This document shows positions 43,159 to 53,700 of a stretch of 64,000 nucleotides of DNA, piece after piece. Position numbers and translations under genes: made by a program. Under the pieces are notes generated by a model. It saw only the letters and a program-made list of their open reading frames with translations. It was not told the DNA's origin and made no database searches. The stretch is from Leptolyngbyaceae cyanobacterium (GTDB taxonomy: Bacteria; Cyanobacteriota; Cyanobacteriia; Phormidesmidales; Phormidesmidaceae). The DNA is taken from contig CBDHHL010000032.1 in assembly GCA_965263355.1 (NCBI GenBank), forward strand, positions 1,504,001-1,568,000. Direction: 5' to 3'. The stretch's first letter is position 1. Every line of letters begins with the position of its first letter.

Positions 43159-45093
43159 CTAAGCAACAAAATTGAAGTCTGCTCCCAGCACAACATTAGT
43201 CGTGTCTTGAACAACACCAACGAGATCACCCTTGTAATAGATTGCAGTATCTTTCGCCGCTGTTCCACCAAAGTTAAAGGTCTTGTTAAGAGAATAGTCG
43301 CCAATGCCGCCGTGGGCCTGGATTTTATCCCCTTCAAGATGGTAGAAGTCCTTAATGGTGGCGTATCCAGCACCCAGGTAAAAGGCTTTTGCCGTATCAC
43401 CCAGCATAAACACATCAGCTCCATCAAGCAGGCCTTTAACCCCTGGAGTAGACCCACTGAAGTCACCGGAGAGAACATCGTACTCACCTGTGGTACCGCC
43501 ATAGCCGTTCAACTGATCATTGCCAGAACCACCGACCAGGGTATCCGAACCAGTACCTCCCAGGAGATAATCGTTACCGGCGTCACCGTTAAGGAGATCA
43601 TTGCCAGCAGCACCAAATACGGTATCGTTGCCGGACCCAGCAAATACCTGGTCATTACCCGCGCCTGTATTGATGTAGTTAACACCAGCGGTACCCGTAA
43701 TCTTGTCAGCGCCAGCCCCGGTGTAGACGTACTCAAAGTTGACGGCGGTCTCTCCAGTGAAGTTAGTCACACCTGTGACCATGTTCAGGTGATAGGCCCC
43801 ACTAAAGAAACGAACATCCAGGGTATCAATACCGGCCCCCCCGTCCATTTTGTCGACGCCCCAGCCACCATCAATATAGTCATTGCCGTCTTGACCATAG
43901 ATAGAGTCGTTGCCATTTTGACCACGTAGAACATCATTGCCAGCACCGCCTACCACGATGTCGTTGCCGGACCCAGCAAATACCTGGTCATTACCCGCGC
44001 CTGTATTGATGTAGTTAACACCAGCGGTACCCGTAATCTTGTCAGCGCCAGCCCCGGTGTAGACGTACTCAAAGTTGACGGCGGTCTCTCCAGTGAAGTT
44101 AGTCACACCTGTGACCATGTTCAGGTGATAGGCCCCACTAAAGAAACGAACATCCAGGGTATCAATACCGGCCCCCCCGTCCATTTTGTCAACGCCCCAG
44201 CCACCATCAATATAGTCATTGCCGTCTTGACCATAGATAGAGTCGTTGCCATTTTGACCACGTAGAACATCATTGCCAGCACCGCCTACCACGATGTCGT
44301 TGCCAGACCCAGCAAATACCTGGTCATTACCTGCCCCTGTATTAATGTAGTTAACACCAGCGGTGCCCGTAATCTTGTCAGCCCCCGCCCCTGTGTACAC
44401 GTACTCAAAGTTGGTAGCAGTTTCTCCAGTGAAGTTGGTCACCCCTGTAACCATGTTCAGGTGATAGGCCCCACTAAAGAAACGAACATCCAGGGTGTCA
44501 ATACCGGCCCCCCCGTCCATTTTGTCAACGCCCCAGCCACCATCAATATAGTCATTGCCGTCTTGACCATAGATAGAGTCGTTGCCGTTTTGACCGCGCA
44601 GAATATCGTTACCCGCACCCCCAAGTACTATGTCATTGCCAGACCCAGCAAATACCTGGTCGTTACCAGCCCCTGTACTGATGTAGTTAGCAGCAGCGGT
44701 GCCCGTAATCTTGTCAGCCCCCGCCCCTGTGTAAACGTTTTCAAAGTTAATGGCAGTCTCTCCTGGGTAGTTGGTCACCCCTGTAACCATGTTCAGGTGA
44801 TAGGCATTACTCCAGAAACGGACATCCAGGGTGTCAATACCGGCACCCCCGTCCATAGCATCAAGGCCAAGACCACCGTCAACATAATCATTGCCGTCGC
44901 CACCAAAAATTTTGTCGTTGCCAGTGCCACCTAAAAGGACGTCGTTACCGCCTAGGCCATATAGATTGTCATTACCGGCAAGACCTTTGATAGTATCGCT
45001 TAAGTTAGTGCCTACGAGTGACTTCCGAAAGATAAAAGGAATGCCGTTAACAGTATTGTTATCGTTGTAGTTGGTGCCGTTGATTAAAGCCAT
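43159..45093 (-). CDS. RTX calcium-binding secreted protein with about four 112-aa repeats
   Basis: Many GGxGxD nonamers; DNA period 336 bp (CAAATACCTG at 43641, 43977, 44313, 44649); AGGAG RBS. Confidence 0.9.
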   Translation of the reverse strand: MALINGTNYNDNNTVNGIPFIFRKSLVGTNLSDTIKGLAGNDNLYGLGGNDVLLGGTGNDKIFGGDGNDYVDGGLGLDAMDGGAGIDTLDVRFWSNAYHLNMVTGVTNYPGETAINFENVYTGAGADKITGTAAANYISTGAGNDQVFAGSGNDIVLGGAGNDILRGQNGNDSIYGQDGNDYIDGGWGVDKMDGGAGIDTLDVRFFSGAYHLNMVTGVTNFTGETATNFEYVYTGAGADKITGTAGVNYINTGAGNDQVFAGSGNDIVVGGAGNDVLRGQNGNDSIYGQDGNDYIDGGWGVDKMDGGAGIDTLDVRFFSGAYHLNMVTGVTNFTGETAVNFEYVYTGAGADKITGTAGVNYINTGAGNDQVFAGSGNDIVVGGAGNDVLRGQNGNDSIYGQDGNDYIDGGWGVDKMDGGAGIDTLDVRFFSGAYHLNMVTGVTNFTGETAVNFEYVYTGAGADKITGTAGVNYINTGAGNDQVFAGSGNDTVFGAAGNDLLNGDAGNDYLLGGTGSDTLVGGSGNDQLNGYGGTTGEYDVLSGDFSGSTPGVKGLLDGADVFMLGDTAKAFYLGAGYATIKDFYHLEGDKIQAHGGIGDYSLNKTFNFGGTAAKDTAIYYKGDLVGVVQDTTNVVLGADFNFVA

Positions 45094-45182
45094 GAGGATT
45101 CTCCTGAACTGTATAGACTTATAAGATTTGGAAAGAGAGTGTTAGCTCTGTGTGAATGCTGTTTTCTTTCCGTTCAGTGGTC

Positions 45183-45213
45183 ACTCATGGAGTCAAACTG
45201 GGTTTTATGCAAA
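45183..45213 (-). promoter_or_regulatory. Putative alternative-sigma promoter of the RTX gene
   Basis: Minus strand TTTGCATAAAA-N16-GAGT. Confidence 0.6.
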
Positions 45214-45417
45214 AAGAATGGTTTTTTTGAAAATAGTTTTTTCGTGAATGGGTAGATTCTTTATGTAATAGGCTTTTGAAGCAGTTTGAATTGGATTTGA
45301 ATTAATTATTTTTGGTGAGTGGTGAGTACGGACATAAAGAGTCAGCCACCGGGGTTTAAAGCCCAGACCCTTGCTGACGACTGATTTCTGACCTCTGACT
45401 GCGGAAAAATATTGCAG

Positions 45418-45448
45418 TTTGCATAAAAATTGATCGAATTTTACGAGT
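45418..45448 (+). promoter_or_regulatory. Putative autoregulatory promoter of the sigma-like gene
   Basis: TTTGCATAAAA-N16-GAGT, same sequence and spacing as the divergent copy. Confidence 0.6.
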
Positions 45449-45519
45449 TATCGGGAAACGGGCTGATAATTTTGAGAGGGTTGCATGGATACCGTTATTG
45501 CATTTCACCAAAATCGCTT

Positions 45520-46413
45520 ATGGAATCACAGTTTGGGCAACTTATTCTGGTTCTCCAGAGACAATCAACAGGGACGGACGAGGAGGCATTTTCTAAACTG
45601 GTTGATATGATGATGCGATCGCGAAAAGTGGGGCGTCCTCCCCGAGGCCAACCGCTGACGGGTATCTATAAGGAAATTTGCGATCATATCCGACAACAAT
45701 TGATCCAGTTGCTACAGGACTGTCTGGATAAAGGGCTGCTACAGTCCGACCTCAGCTGGGGGTATCAACTCCGGGCCCAGGCCACCCAGAATGCCTTAAC
45801 TGATTCTCTACTTAAGGGATTAGCCCTTGAAGCCCAACGTCAGCCCCACCCTAGTCGTTTGCGACAGCATGCCCTAATGCAGTTGGTAGAGGCGATTCGC
45901 GCCTGTGGTCGTCTGGCTCGACCCCATCGGGGTAAGTTTACACCGTCGTTTTATACTTTCCTGTATGAGGAGGCCGTTAATCGTACCCTGGTGTACGTTT
46001 GCCAAAAGATCGATACCTATGACCCCAACCGGGGACAGTCTCAAAAGTTTATGAACTGGGTGAATTTTCGTCTGGACCGGATGGTGATTGAATGTCGTCG
46101 TCAGTTTAGCGATCGCGATACCCAGGAACTACCCAACCTCAACGATTTGGAACGGTTGTCCCAGCCAGAACCCCAATCGTCCCTGGCCAATGATGTCCGG
46201 GATTATATTATCGCTGACCCCGATGATGTATTTAAGTCTACCCATATTCGTAAGCGTCCCGATGCCAGCTTTCAAGCGATTGCCCTCGCTCGATTTGCTG
46301 ACCAAAGTTGGGAAGAGATTTCGGCTCAGTTTGATATTAAAATTCCCACACTAAGTAGTTTCTTTCAGCGTTGTTGCGATAAGTTCTCGGATCGGTTTCA
46401 AAATCTTCTTTAA
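45520..46413 (+). CDS. Sigma-70-family (ECF/HetZ-like) factor
   Basis: YEEAV..TL.YVCQKIDTYDP..GQ..KFMNWVNF.L (region-2-like); SWEEISAQFDIKIPTLSSFFQRC (region-4-like HTH). Confidence 0.78.
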   Translation: MESQFGQLILVLQRQSTGTDEEAFSKLVDMMMRSRKVGRPPRGQPLTGIYKEICDHIRQQLIQLLQDCLDKGLLQSDLSWGYQLRAQATQNALTDSLLKGLALEAQRQPHPSRLRQHALMQLVEAIRACGRLARPHRGKFTPSFYTFLYEEAVNRTLVYVCQKIDTYDPNRGQSQKFMNWVNFRLDRMVIECRRQFSDRDTQELPNLNDLERLSQPEPQSSLANDVRDYIIADPDDVFKSTHIRKRPDASFQAIALARFADQSWEEISAQFDIKIPTLSSFFQRCCDKFSDRFQNLL

Positions 46414-46548
46414 GGTTGGTGGGCACTGCCCACCTTACGGTTTTTCCGTTCTGCCCATTGATCGTTGGGTTTTGTGCCTCTACCCAACTTACAGCCTATT
46501 CCCCATTCCCTAGTCTTATTCCCACTGTTTAGCCAGAGAGAGATAGCC

Positions 46549-47472
46549 ATGAACACCACTCTTTCAGACGTTACAATTCCCCTTACCTTAGAACCTCACC
46601 ACCAAGCGGAACAATTTCGGAAACATCAGACATCATCGCAAAAAGCAAAACAGGTTTATCTGAATACCCTCGCGATCTATGCCACTCGATTTTATCTGGA
46701 GTGTCTGGGGTATGAGGTGGATCTAACCGCTAGCGATGGTCTGAAGCCAGTGCAACAAATGCTACTGGGAACAGCGGCTCTGGCGGTGAAAGGCTATGGT
46801 CAACTGGAATGTTGTCCTGTGGTGCAGGGGGAGACGGAGTTTGCGATCGCACCCGAACTCCACCAGGACCGGCTTGGGTATATTGCGGTTCACCTGGATG
46901 ATAGCCTGCGTACAGCAACGGTCTTAGGATTTGTTACGACAGCCGCCGATCGAGTAGCCCTAACCCAGCTACAACCTATTGAAGAGCTTTCTAGTCTCCT
47001 TAGCCCCACCCTGCTTCAACAGGCAGACGAACAGATTACCCAGCTGAGCCGCTGGTTACAAAATCTGGCGGATGAGGGATGGCAGACCTTAGATAATGTT
47101 ATCAATCCACCCAGTTTTGCCTTTAGAACCCAACCTAGTCCATCAACTGAAAATGCCTTTGAGTCAACTGTTGTTGGTCGAAGCAAACAGATTAGCTTAA
47201 ACGACTGTGATATTACCCTGGCCGTAGGTCTATTACCATTATCAGAAACCCAAACTGAAATTCACGTGCGAGTTTATGCCAGTCCAGACCAATCCTATCT
47301 GCCTCCCCAGTTAACACTCAGTGTTTTAGATGCTGACAATCGATCAGTGATGCAGGCGGAAGCCAGAGCGACAGAAGCCATCCAGCTAAAATTTGCCGGT
47401 ACCGCTGACGAGCAGTTCAGCCTCAAGCTAGCCCTGCAAAATGCCAGTGTCACCGAGAGATTTGTGATTTGA
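46549..47472 (+). CDS. DUF1822 family protein
   Basis: KAKQVYLNTLAIYA...YL, G.LEC.PV, DRLGYIAV.L....A.VLGF, LSRWL...GWQ, C-terminal E.FVI. Confidence 0.85.
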   Translation: MNTTLSDVTIPLTLEPHHQAEQFRKHQTSSQKAKQVYLNTLAIYATRFYLECLGYEVDLTASDGLKPVQQMLLGTAALAVKGYGQLECCPVVQGETEFAIAPELHQDRLGYIAVHLDDSLRTATVLGFVTTAADRVALTQLQPIEELSSLLSPTLLQQADEQITQLSRWLQNLADEGWQTLDNVINPPSFAFRTQPSPSTENAFESTVVGRSKQISLNDCDITLAVGLLPLSETQTEIHVRVYASPDQSYLPPQLTLSVLDADNRSVMQAEARATEAIQLKFAGTADEQFSLKLALQNASVTERFVI

Positions 47473-47480
47473 TCAAAGCC

Positions 47481-49853
47481 ATGGCTGAAAAACTCGTCAC
47501 ATTAAAACTGGAGGGAGAGTTAGAAACCAACGGGTTTCATGTGCTCCTGGAGATTGGTGAAGATGGCTCCCGCCCCGATGTTGAGGCGATTGGGACGCTG
47601 CCCGCCAATCCTGATCTGCGACAACAGCTGCACCAGTGGCAAGAGAGCTATCGTTTGCTCAATGTCCCCTCCCGGATTCAACCCCTGGAAATTACCTATG
47701 TGGGCTCATTGCACACCGTTAACACCTGTCAACAGGCGGCGAACACCTTAGGGGAACAATTCAAAGCGTGGCTGTTGTCGTCTACATTTACAACCATTGA
47801 TCAGCCCCTACGGGAGGAGCTGAGGGCAACAGACACTGTGCGTCTGGTAATTCGGACGACCAATACTGATTTACACCATCTGCCCTGGCACCTGTGGGAT
47901 ATGGTGGATCGCTACCCCCAGATTGAAATTGCCCTGGGTACACCCACCCTTAAACGGTTGGCAAAATCTGAAACCCAGCATTCAACCGTCAAAATTTTAG
48001 CGATTTTAGGCGATAGTAGCGGCATTGATGTTGCTGCTGACCGTCAGCTGCTAGCAGCCATTCCCGGTGCTGATGTCACCTTTTTGGTAGAGCCTCAACG
48101 GCAACAGATTACCGAGCAGCTCTGGGAGCAACCCTGGGATATCCTCTTTTTTGCCGGTCATGGCCGTACGGAACTAGGGGCGGGTAAGATCTTTATCAAC
48201 CCGCAGGAAAGCCTTACCCTAGAAGAACTTAAGTATGGTCTGCGAGAGGCTGTGAGGCAGGGGTTACAGCTAGCCATTTTCAATGCCTGTGACGGTCTGG
48301 GCTTGGCATCGGCTTTAGCTCCCCTGGGGCTACCACAAATGATATTAATGCGAGAGCCAGTTCCTGACCAGGTGGCCCAAACATTTCTCAAATATTTTTT
48401 GGATGCCTATGTGACTGGTGCCTCCCTCTACCTGGCGGCTCGACAGGCAAGAGAGCGACTCCAGGGATTAGAAGATCGATTTCCCTGTGCCAGTTGGTTA
48501 CCGATTATCTATCAGGTCAATCCGACCTTACCCAAACGCTGGCCCCAGTTGACCATAGCCGCTGATACATTGCCCTCATATCGATCTGCGCCAGGGCCAA
48601 TGGTGGGTGGTCTTTCCTTGATGTCTTGGTTGGCGATTAGTGCAGTTGTCACCGCCAGTCTCGGCATCCTCCGCTGGACCGGGTTTTTACAACGTTCAGA
48701 ATTAGCCGCCTACGATCGGCTGATGCGCCAACGGCCTGCCCAAGTGGTCGATCAGGGAGACCAACGTCTGTTGATTGTGGAGGCGACGGAAGAGGATATT
48801 AATACCTATGGCTATCCCTTGCCCGACAATGTGTTGGCCCAGGCCATCGACCAGCTGGTGCCCTACAATCCTAGAATCATTGGTCTAGATATCTTTCGGC
48901 CTCAGATGGCTCCATCTACACCCCTAGGACAACGTCTGCAGCAAAACCCGGTGGTGGCGCTTTGTAGCTTTGGCCAGTCGGGTAATGCTAATCAGCCAGG
49001 GATTGCCCCCCCCTCAGAGTTACCTGAAGACCAGGTGGGGTTTAGCAATGTGGTTATCGATGCTGATGGTGTGCTGCGACGACAGCTTTTGTTTGCTCAA
49101 CCTGCTAGCGCTAGTCCCTGTACCAGCCATACATCCCTGGGGATGCTGATGGCGCTGCATTATCTAGAGGCCGATGGCATCCAGCTCGAAACCATTAATG
49201 ATCAGCGTTTGCGTCTGGGGGCGACCACCCTGGTACCCCTGGCCTCTGACAGCGGTGGCTACCAGGGTATTGATGACCGTGGGTTTCAAATGTTGCTTAG
49301 ATATGCACCCACTGAGCAAATTGCCCAGCGGATAACTCTCTCGCAGTTGCTCTCAGGGGAGACTGTTCTGGATAGTTTAGAGACCCAGGCCGTGCTGATT
49401 GGCATGAGTGCCCCCACGTCAAATCCCACGGATTATTTTGTGACTCCCGTCAACTCTGGAAATCCAAAGGGATTGCCGGGAGTTGATATTCATGCCCAAA
49501 CTATTCACTATTTGTTGGCCGCTGCCCTGGATCGTCACCCTGTGCTCACCAGTGTGCCTGCCTGGGGCGGCTGGCTGTGGATTGTCACCTGGGCTTTGAT
49601 TGGCTCTGGGCTAACGGTTAAACGCTGTCCATGGATGATTTGGTTATTGGGCCTGGGGCTGGCCACACTGGTGCTGTATGGTGTCGGCTGGCTGCTATTT
49701 GGTATGGGGCTGTGGGTGCCTTTGGTGCCGGGGGCCTTAGCCTTAGCCGGGGGCAGTGGTGGTGGTGCGATCGCACAAGCCCTGACCAATCAATTCACAT
49801 ACGTGTCTAAATCTAAACAACTCCTGAAAGATCAGGCCATTAACCGTAGTTAA
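47481..49853 (+). CDS. CHAT protease + CHASE2 membrane sensor
   Basis: LPWHLW, FFAGHG (His) and IFNACDG (Cys), ASWLP; one TM; ELAAYD.LM..RP, IGLDIFR, D.DGVLRR, GVDIHAQ; three C-terminal TM helices. Confidence 0.9.
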   Translation: MAEKLVTLKLEGELETNGFHVLLEIGEDGSRPDVEAIGTLPANPDLRQQLHQWQESYRLLNVPSRIQPLEITYVGSLHTVNTCQQAANTLGEQFKAWLLSSTFTTIDQPLREELRATDTVRLVIRTTNTDLHHLPWHLWDMVDRYPQIEIALGTPTLKRLAKSETQHSTVKILAILGDSSGIDVAADRQLLAAIPGADVTFLVEPQRQQITEQLWEQPWDILFFAGHGRTELGAGKIFINPQESLTLEELKYGLREAVRQGLQLAIFNACDGLGLASALAPLGLPQMILMREPVPDQVAQTFLKYFLDAYVTGASLYLAARQARERLQGLEDRFPCASWLPIIYQVNPTLPKRWPQLTIAADTLPSYRSAPGPMVGGLSLMSWLAISAVVTASLGILRWTGFLQRSELAAYDRLMRQRPAQVVDQGDQRLLIVEATEEDINTYGYPLPDNVLAQAIDQLVPYNPRIIGLDIFRPQMAPSTPLGQRLQQNPVVALCSFGQSGNANQPGIAPPSELPEDQVGFSNVVIDADGVLRRQLLFAQPASASPCTSHTSLGMLMALHYLEADGIQLETINDQRLRLGATTLVPLASDSGGYQGIDDRGFQMLLRYAPTEQIAQRITLSQLLSGETVLDSLETQAVLIGMSAPTSNPTDYFVTPVNSGNPKGLPGVDIHAQTIHYLLAAALDRHPVLTSVPAWGGWLWIVTWALIGSGLTVKRCPWMIWLLGLGLATLVLYGVGWLLFGMGLWVPLVPGALALAGGSGGGAIAQALTNQFTYVSKSKQLLKDQAINRS

Positions 49854-49880
49854 AACCTATACACACAGGGAATCAATCCG

Positions 49881-50714
49881 ATGTCGCGACTATCGTATCT
49901 AATGAGCGCCCTATTCATCAGTCCCCTGACCGTACTGGGTATGGGCCAGCCGGGATTGACCCAAGCGTTGGCGCAGTCTCAGCTATTGGTGGCCCTCCAG
50001 TACAATCCGCCCAATCGAGGTGCACCGGGCAGTACCTGGAATGCTGGCAGTCGTACGGGTCCCTGTGGTGACCTAACAGCGGTACAGCCGACAAAAACCA
50101 ATTGGGGAGAAACCCTCAAGTCACACCCCACCTTTGGTATCTATGTGGCTGAACCAGCAACAAATCTTATCTTTGAGCTGAGGAATGAGCGATCGCAAGA
50201 GATCGTTCACAGCGTCACCTTTGCACAAGTAACAGGACCAGGCATTAGTCTCTATACCCTGCCAGACTCAGTGCCAGCACTAGAACCCAACCAATATTAC
50301 CGCTGGCAGGTCAGCCTCGACTGTGAACAATTTAATACAGCCAATATCCAATACGACGGTGACAAACAAGTCGGCGGCATGGTGATGCGTCAGCTGGCCA
50401 ACGATGAACTACAGGCCCAACTGGCAACGGTTCCAGACACAGACAAACCAGCACTGCTGGCTGCCCATGGGCTATGGTACGACATGGTTCATGTCTTAAT
50501 GGTGCAACACCTGGAACAATCCACCACCGAAACGGAGACTGTAGAGCCATGGATGGAGACATGGAAAAACAACTGGCAAGCTATTGTGAGCCACCCCATG
50601 GTGCAGCTTACCAATTTGATGGATGCGGTGCCGATTGATTGTTGTCTGGCCGCTGACTGTCCTAGCGCCACGTCAAGTGATACCCGCCGTATTGAATTAT
50701 TGAATTCTCTCTAA
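49881..50714 (+). CDS. DUF928 exported protein
   Basis: Signal peptide; PP.RGAPG...AGSR..C, T...HPTF.IYV, L.PNQYYRW, GLWYD. Confidence 0.85.
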   Translation: MSRLSYLMSALFISPLTVLGMGQPGLTQALAQSQLLVALQYNPPNRGAPGSTWNAGSRTGPCGDLTAVQPTKTNWGETLKSHPTFGIYVAEPATNLIFELRNERSQEIVHSVTFAQVTGPGISLYTLPDSVPALEPNQYYRWQVSLDCEQFNTANIQYDGDKQVGGMVMRQLANDELQAQLATVPDTDKPALLAAHGLWYDMVHVLMVQHLEQSTTETETVEPWMETWKNNWQAIVSHPMVQLTNLMDAVPIDCCLAADCPSATSSDTRRIELLNSL

Positions 50715-50747
50715 GCCCCCTCGCCATTGTTAATGGAGTTCCTTCCC

Positions 50748-53700
50748 ATGTTGTCAGCTGCCCTCCTGGCCATTAGTCTCCCTCAGTCCCCCTTGCCTGC
50801 TCAGATATCTGCTCAACCACTCCCGGCTATTGCCATGTCTCCATCCGAGCAACCGGTGTTTAGCAATGGGGCTCAACCAGAGGTCTTGCTGGCACAGTCA
50901 ATTACACCGGCAGATGCAGGCACCGTTGTTACCCCTACGGACAATCAAATCGAGATTACTGGGGGACAGTTTTCAGGGGATGGCGCTAATCTATTCCATA
51001 GTTTTGAACAGTTTGGATTGAGCCAGCAGCAAACGGCTAATTTTATCGCTAATCCCCAAGTACACAATGTACTAGGTCGAGTGCAGGGGGGAGATGCGTC
51101 CTATATCGATGGCCGCTTGCAGGTAACTAACAGCGATGCCAATCTGTTTTTGATTAATCCAGCTGGGATTCTCTTTGGGGAAAACGCCAGTCTAGATTTA
51201 AATGGAAGTTTTACCGCTGCTACGGCAGATCGGCTGGGCTTTGATGGTGGCTGGTTGGATGTGTTTGACTCCATTGACTATGGACAGCTAGGGGGAGACC
51301 CCAGTCAGTTTTCATTTAGTGCAGCCCAACCTGGCAGTGTGGTGAATCTAGGGGATTTAGCCGTTGATGCAAACCAAAATTTGACCCTCCTCGGGGGGAC
51401 TGTGGTGAATGTAGGCAGTGTATCGGCGGCGAGTGGACGCATCACCCTGGCTGCGGTAAATGGCCAGCAGACAGTCACCCTGGGCTCAACGGATGGTCTA
51501 CTGACCATGGAGTTAGCGCCCCTAGCCATTGATCGAGACCTTTCTATTTTATCGTTGCCAGACCTCCTCACAGGGGGCAGTGTCAGCAACAGTAGTGCGT
51601 TAGCAGTAGCGGCTGATGGCACCGTGCTGCTACAGGGTGTGACCATTCCAGAGAATAGTGGAACAACTGCTGTTGCCGGTACCCTTGATGTGACAGGGCA
51701 GGTGGGGGGAGACATTAATCTGCTAGGTGATCGCGTTGCCCTGCTTGGGGCTGATCTGGCTGCGTCTGGCCTAGCAGGTGGGGGCACAACCCGCATTGGT
51801 GGAGGCTATCAGGGCAATGACCCTATCCCTAACGCGGATCTCACCTATGTCGATGCAGATACTACTCTAGATATCAGCGGTGGAGACACTGGTGATGGTG
51901 GTCTTGCCGTCGTGTGGGCCGATGGTCTGACTAGTTTTTATGGCGATGTTGATGCTAGCGGCGGTAGCCAATTTGGAGACGGTGGATTTGTGGAAATCTC
52001 TGGAAAAGACAGTTTAGTCTTTGATGGCACGATTGATTTGCAGTCAGCGTCTGGTGAAATGGGGCAATTGTTGCTAGATCCAAATAGTGTTGTGATTGGG
52101 GATGTTGGTACCGATGACAGCCAGCTTGACAACAACGTTATTGACTTGCTAGAAGGAGGCGTTACATCATTTATATCCGCTGGTAAAGTAGCTGAGATTT
52201 TGAATGGTGGGGGAGGCGTCACCATCAATGCCACTAATGATATTCGTATTGATTCGTTTATCAACGGGTTGAGCAATGACAATGTTTCTGACTTGAGATT
52301 TAGCGCTGGACAAATTGAACTGAACAATTCAATTTCCCTGAGGGGAGGCGACGTAGTTTTTAGTGGTCCTGTGCTCCTTAATAAGACCAGCGGTAGTGTC
52401 AGTGTCTCCACAGCTGGCGATGTTATTTTCGAAAATACTCTGGACTCCAATAACGATGGGACGTCTAGAAATCTTGAGATAAATGCAGAAGAAAATGTGG
52501 TGTTTGGTGGTGCAATTGGCAGTTTAGAAGCACCAAATTTCCTGCGGGTTAGAGCCACAAATGTCTCGTTGTTAGATTATTTAGGCGATGACCTGGACAT
52601 AAGGGCCAGGGGAGATTTAACCTTCGAACCCCAACAAAATGTCGTGTTGGGGGGGACTATTCGGCTTGAGGCCGACAACAACTTGAACATTTCGACATCG
52701 AATACCTTAGATCTCTCGGGTGTGGAACTTACCGCTAGTCCATTTCAAAGTGATGGTAGCCTCACTATTCAGGCCCCATCCTTAACAATTACCAATTCCA
52801 GTGAGATTAATTCCGGTGGTACATTGACATTAGAGTCGCAAAGCCTCAGCAGCGCTGACAGTCAAATCGAGTCTAGAGGTGATTTGATTTTACAAGGGGT
52901 AAACGGCATGGGTTTTCCAACTATTATGCTCTCTAATAGTTCGTTAACGACTGACGAAACCTTAAGAGTGCATGGGTCTGCAACGTCTGCGGCTGGAAAT
53001 ATAGACGTGATAGGTAGTCTGCTGAGAACCGGTGGCGACTTAGAGCTACTGGGGCAGTCTGTTTCGGTAACCCCTGGTAGTGAGATTAAGGCGGATGCTA
53101 ATGTTGCCATCGTGGCGGCGTCCGGAATCGTGACAATAGCAGATGCAGCGATGCAACCAACTGTGGTAGAAGCTGGCAGTGAATTGAATCTGGAAGGCGA
53201 CACCCAGATCATTATTCAGGCTCTTAGTGCACCTCAATCGGTATTGCGTAGCGGTAGCAATTTAAGTCTGTTGAGTTCGGGTAATATTACCGCCAATGGC
53301 CGATTTGCCAGTGGTGGTGATTTTACGGCGGGTCCGGGCAGTTTGTTGTTTATGCCCATTGACGATGGAGGAATTATTAGCTCCGTTGGCGATGTTAGCT
53401 TCGATGAGTATATGGGAGCATCCCTAAAAATAGAAGCGGGAGGAAATATTACAGGGGGCAATGTTACTATTATTGATCCAGATACGTCTTTATCGGGTAC
53501 AGATCCAGACATTGCTTTGTTAAGTAACGGGCCTGCTGTGGTGTTAAGGGCTGGAATAATACCCCAGGAGAATTTACCCCCCAGCGCTAGCGAATTTCAG
53601 AATACACCCACACTTAACCCTGGAGATACTGTTAATAAAGCAGGAACGGTTTTCGCCACATCAGCGCCTACCACCGGCAATATTTCAGTAGGAACAATTG

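Noticed and set aside
43138..44934. Plus-strand ORFs of 263 and 157 aa
   Set aside because: Antisense to the repetitive RTX gene, with no independent protein signal
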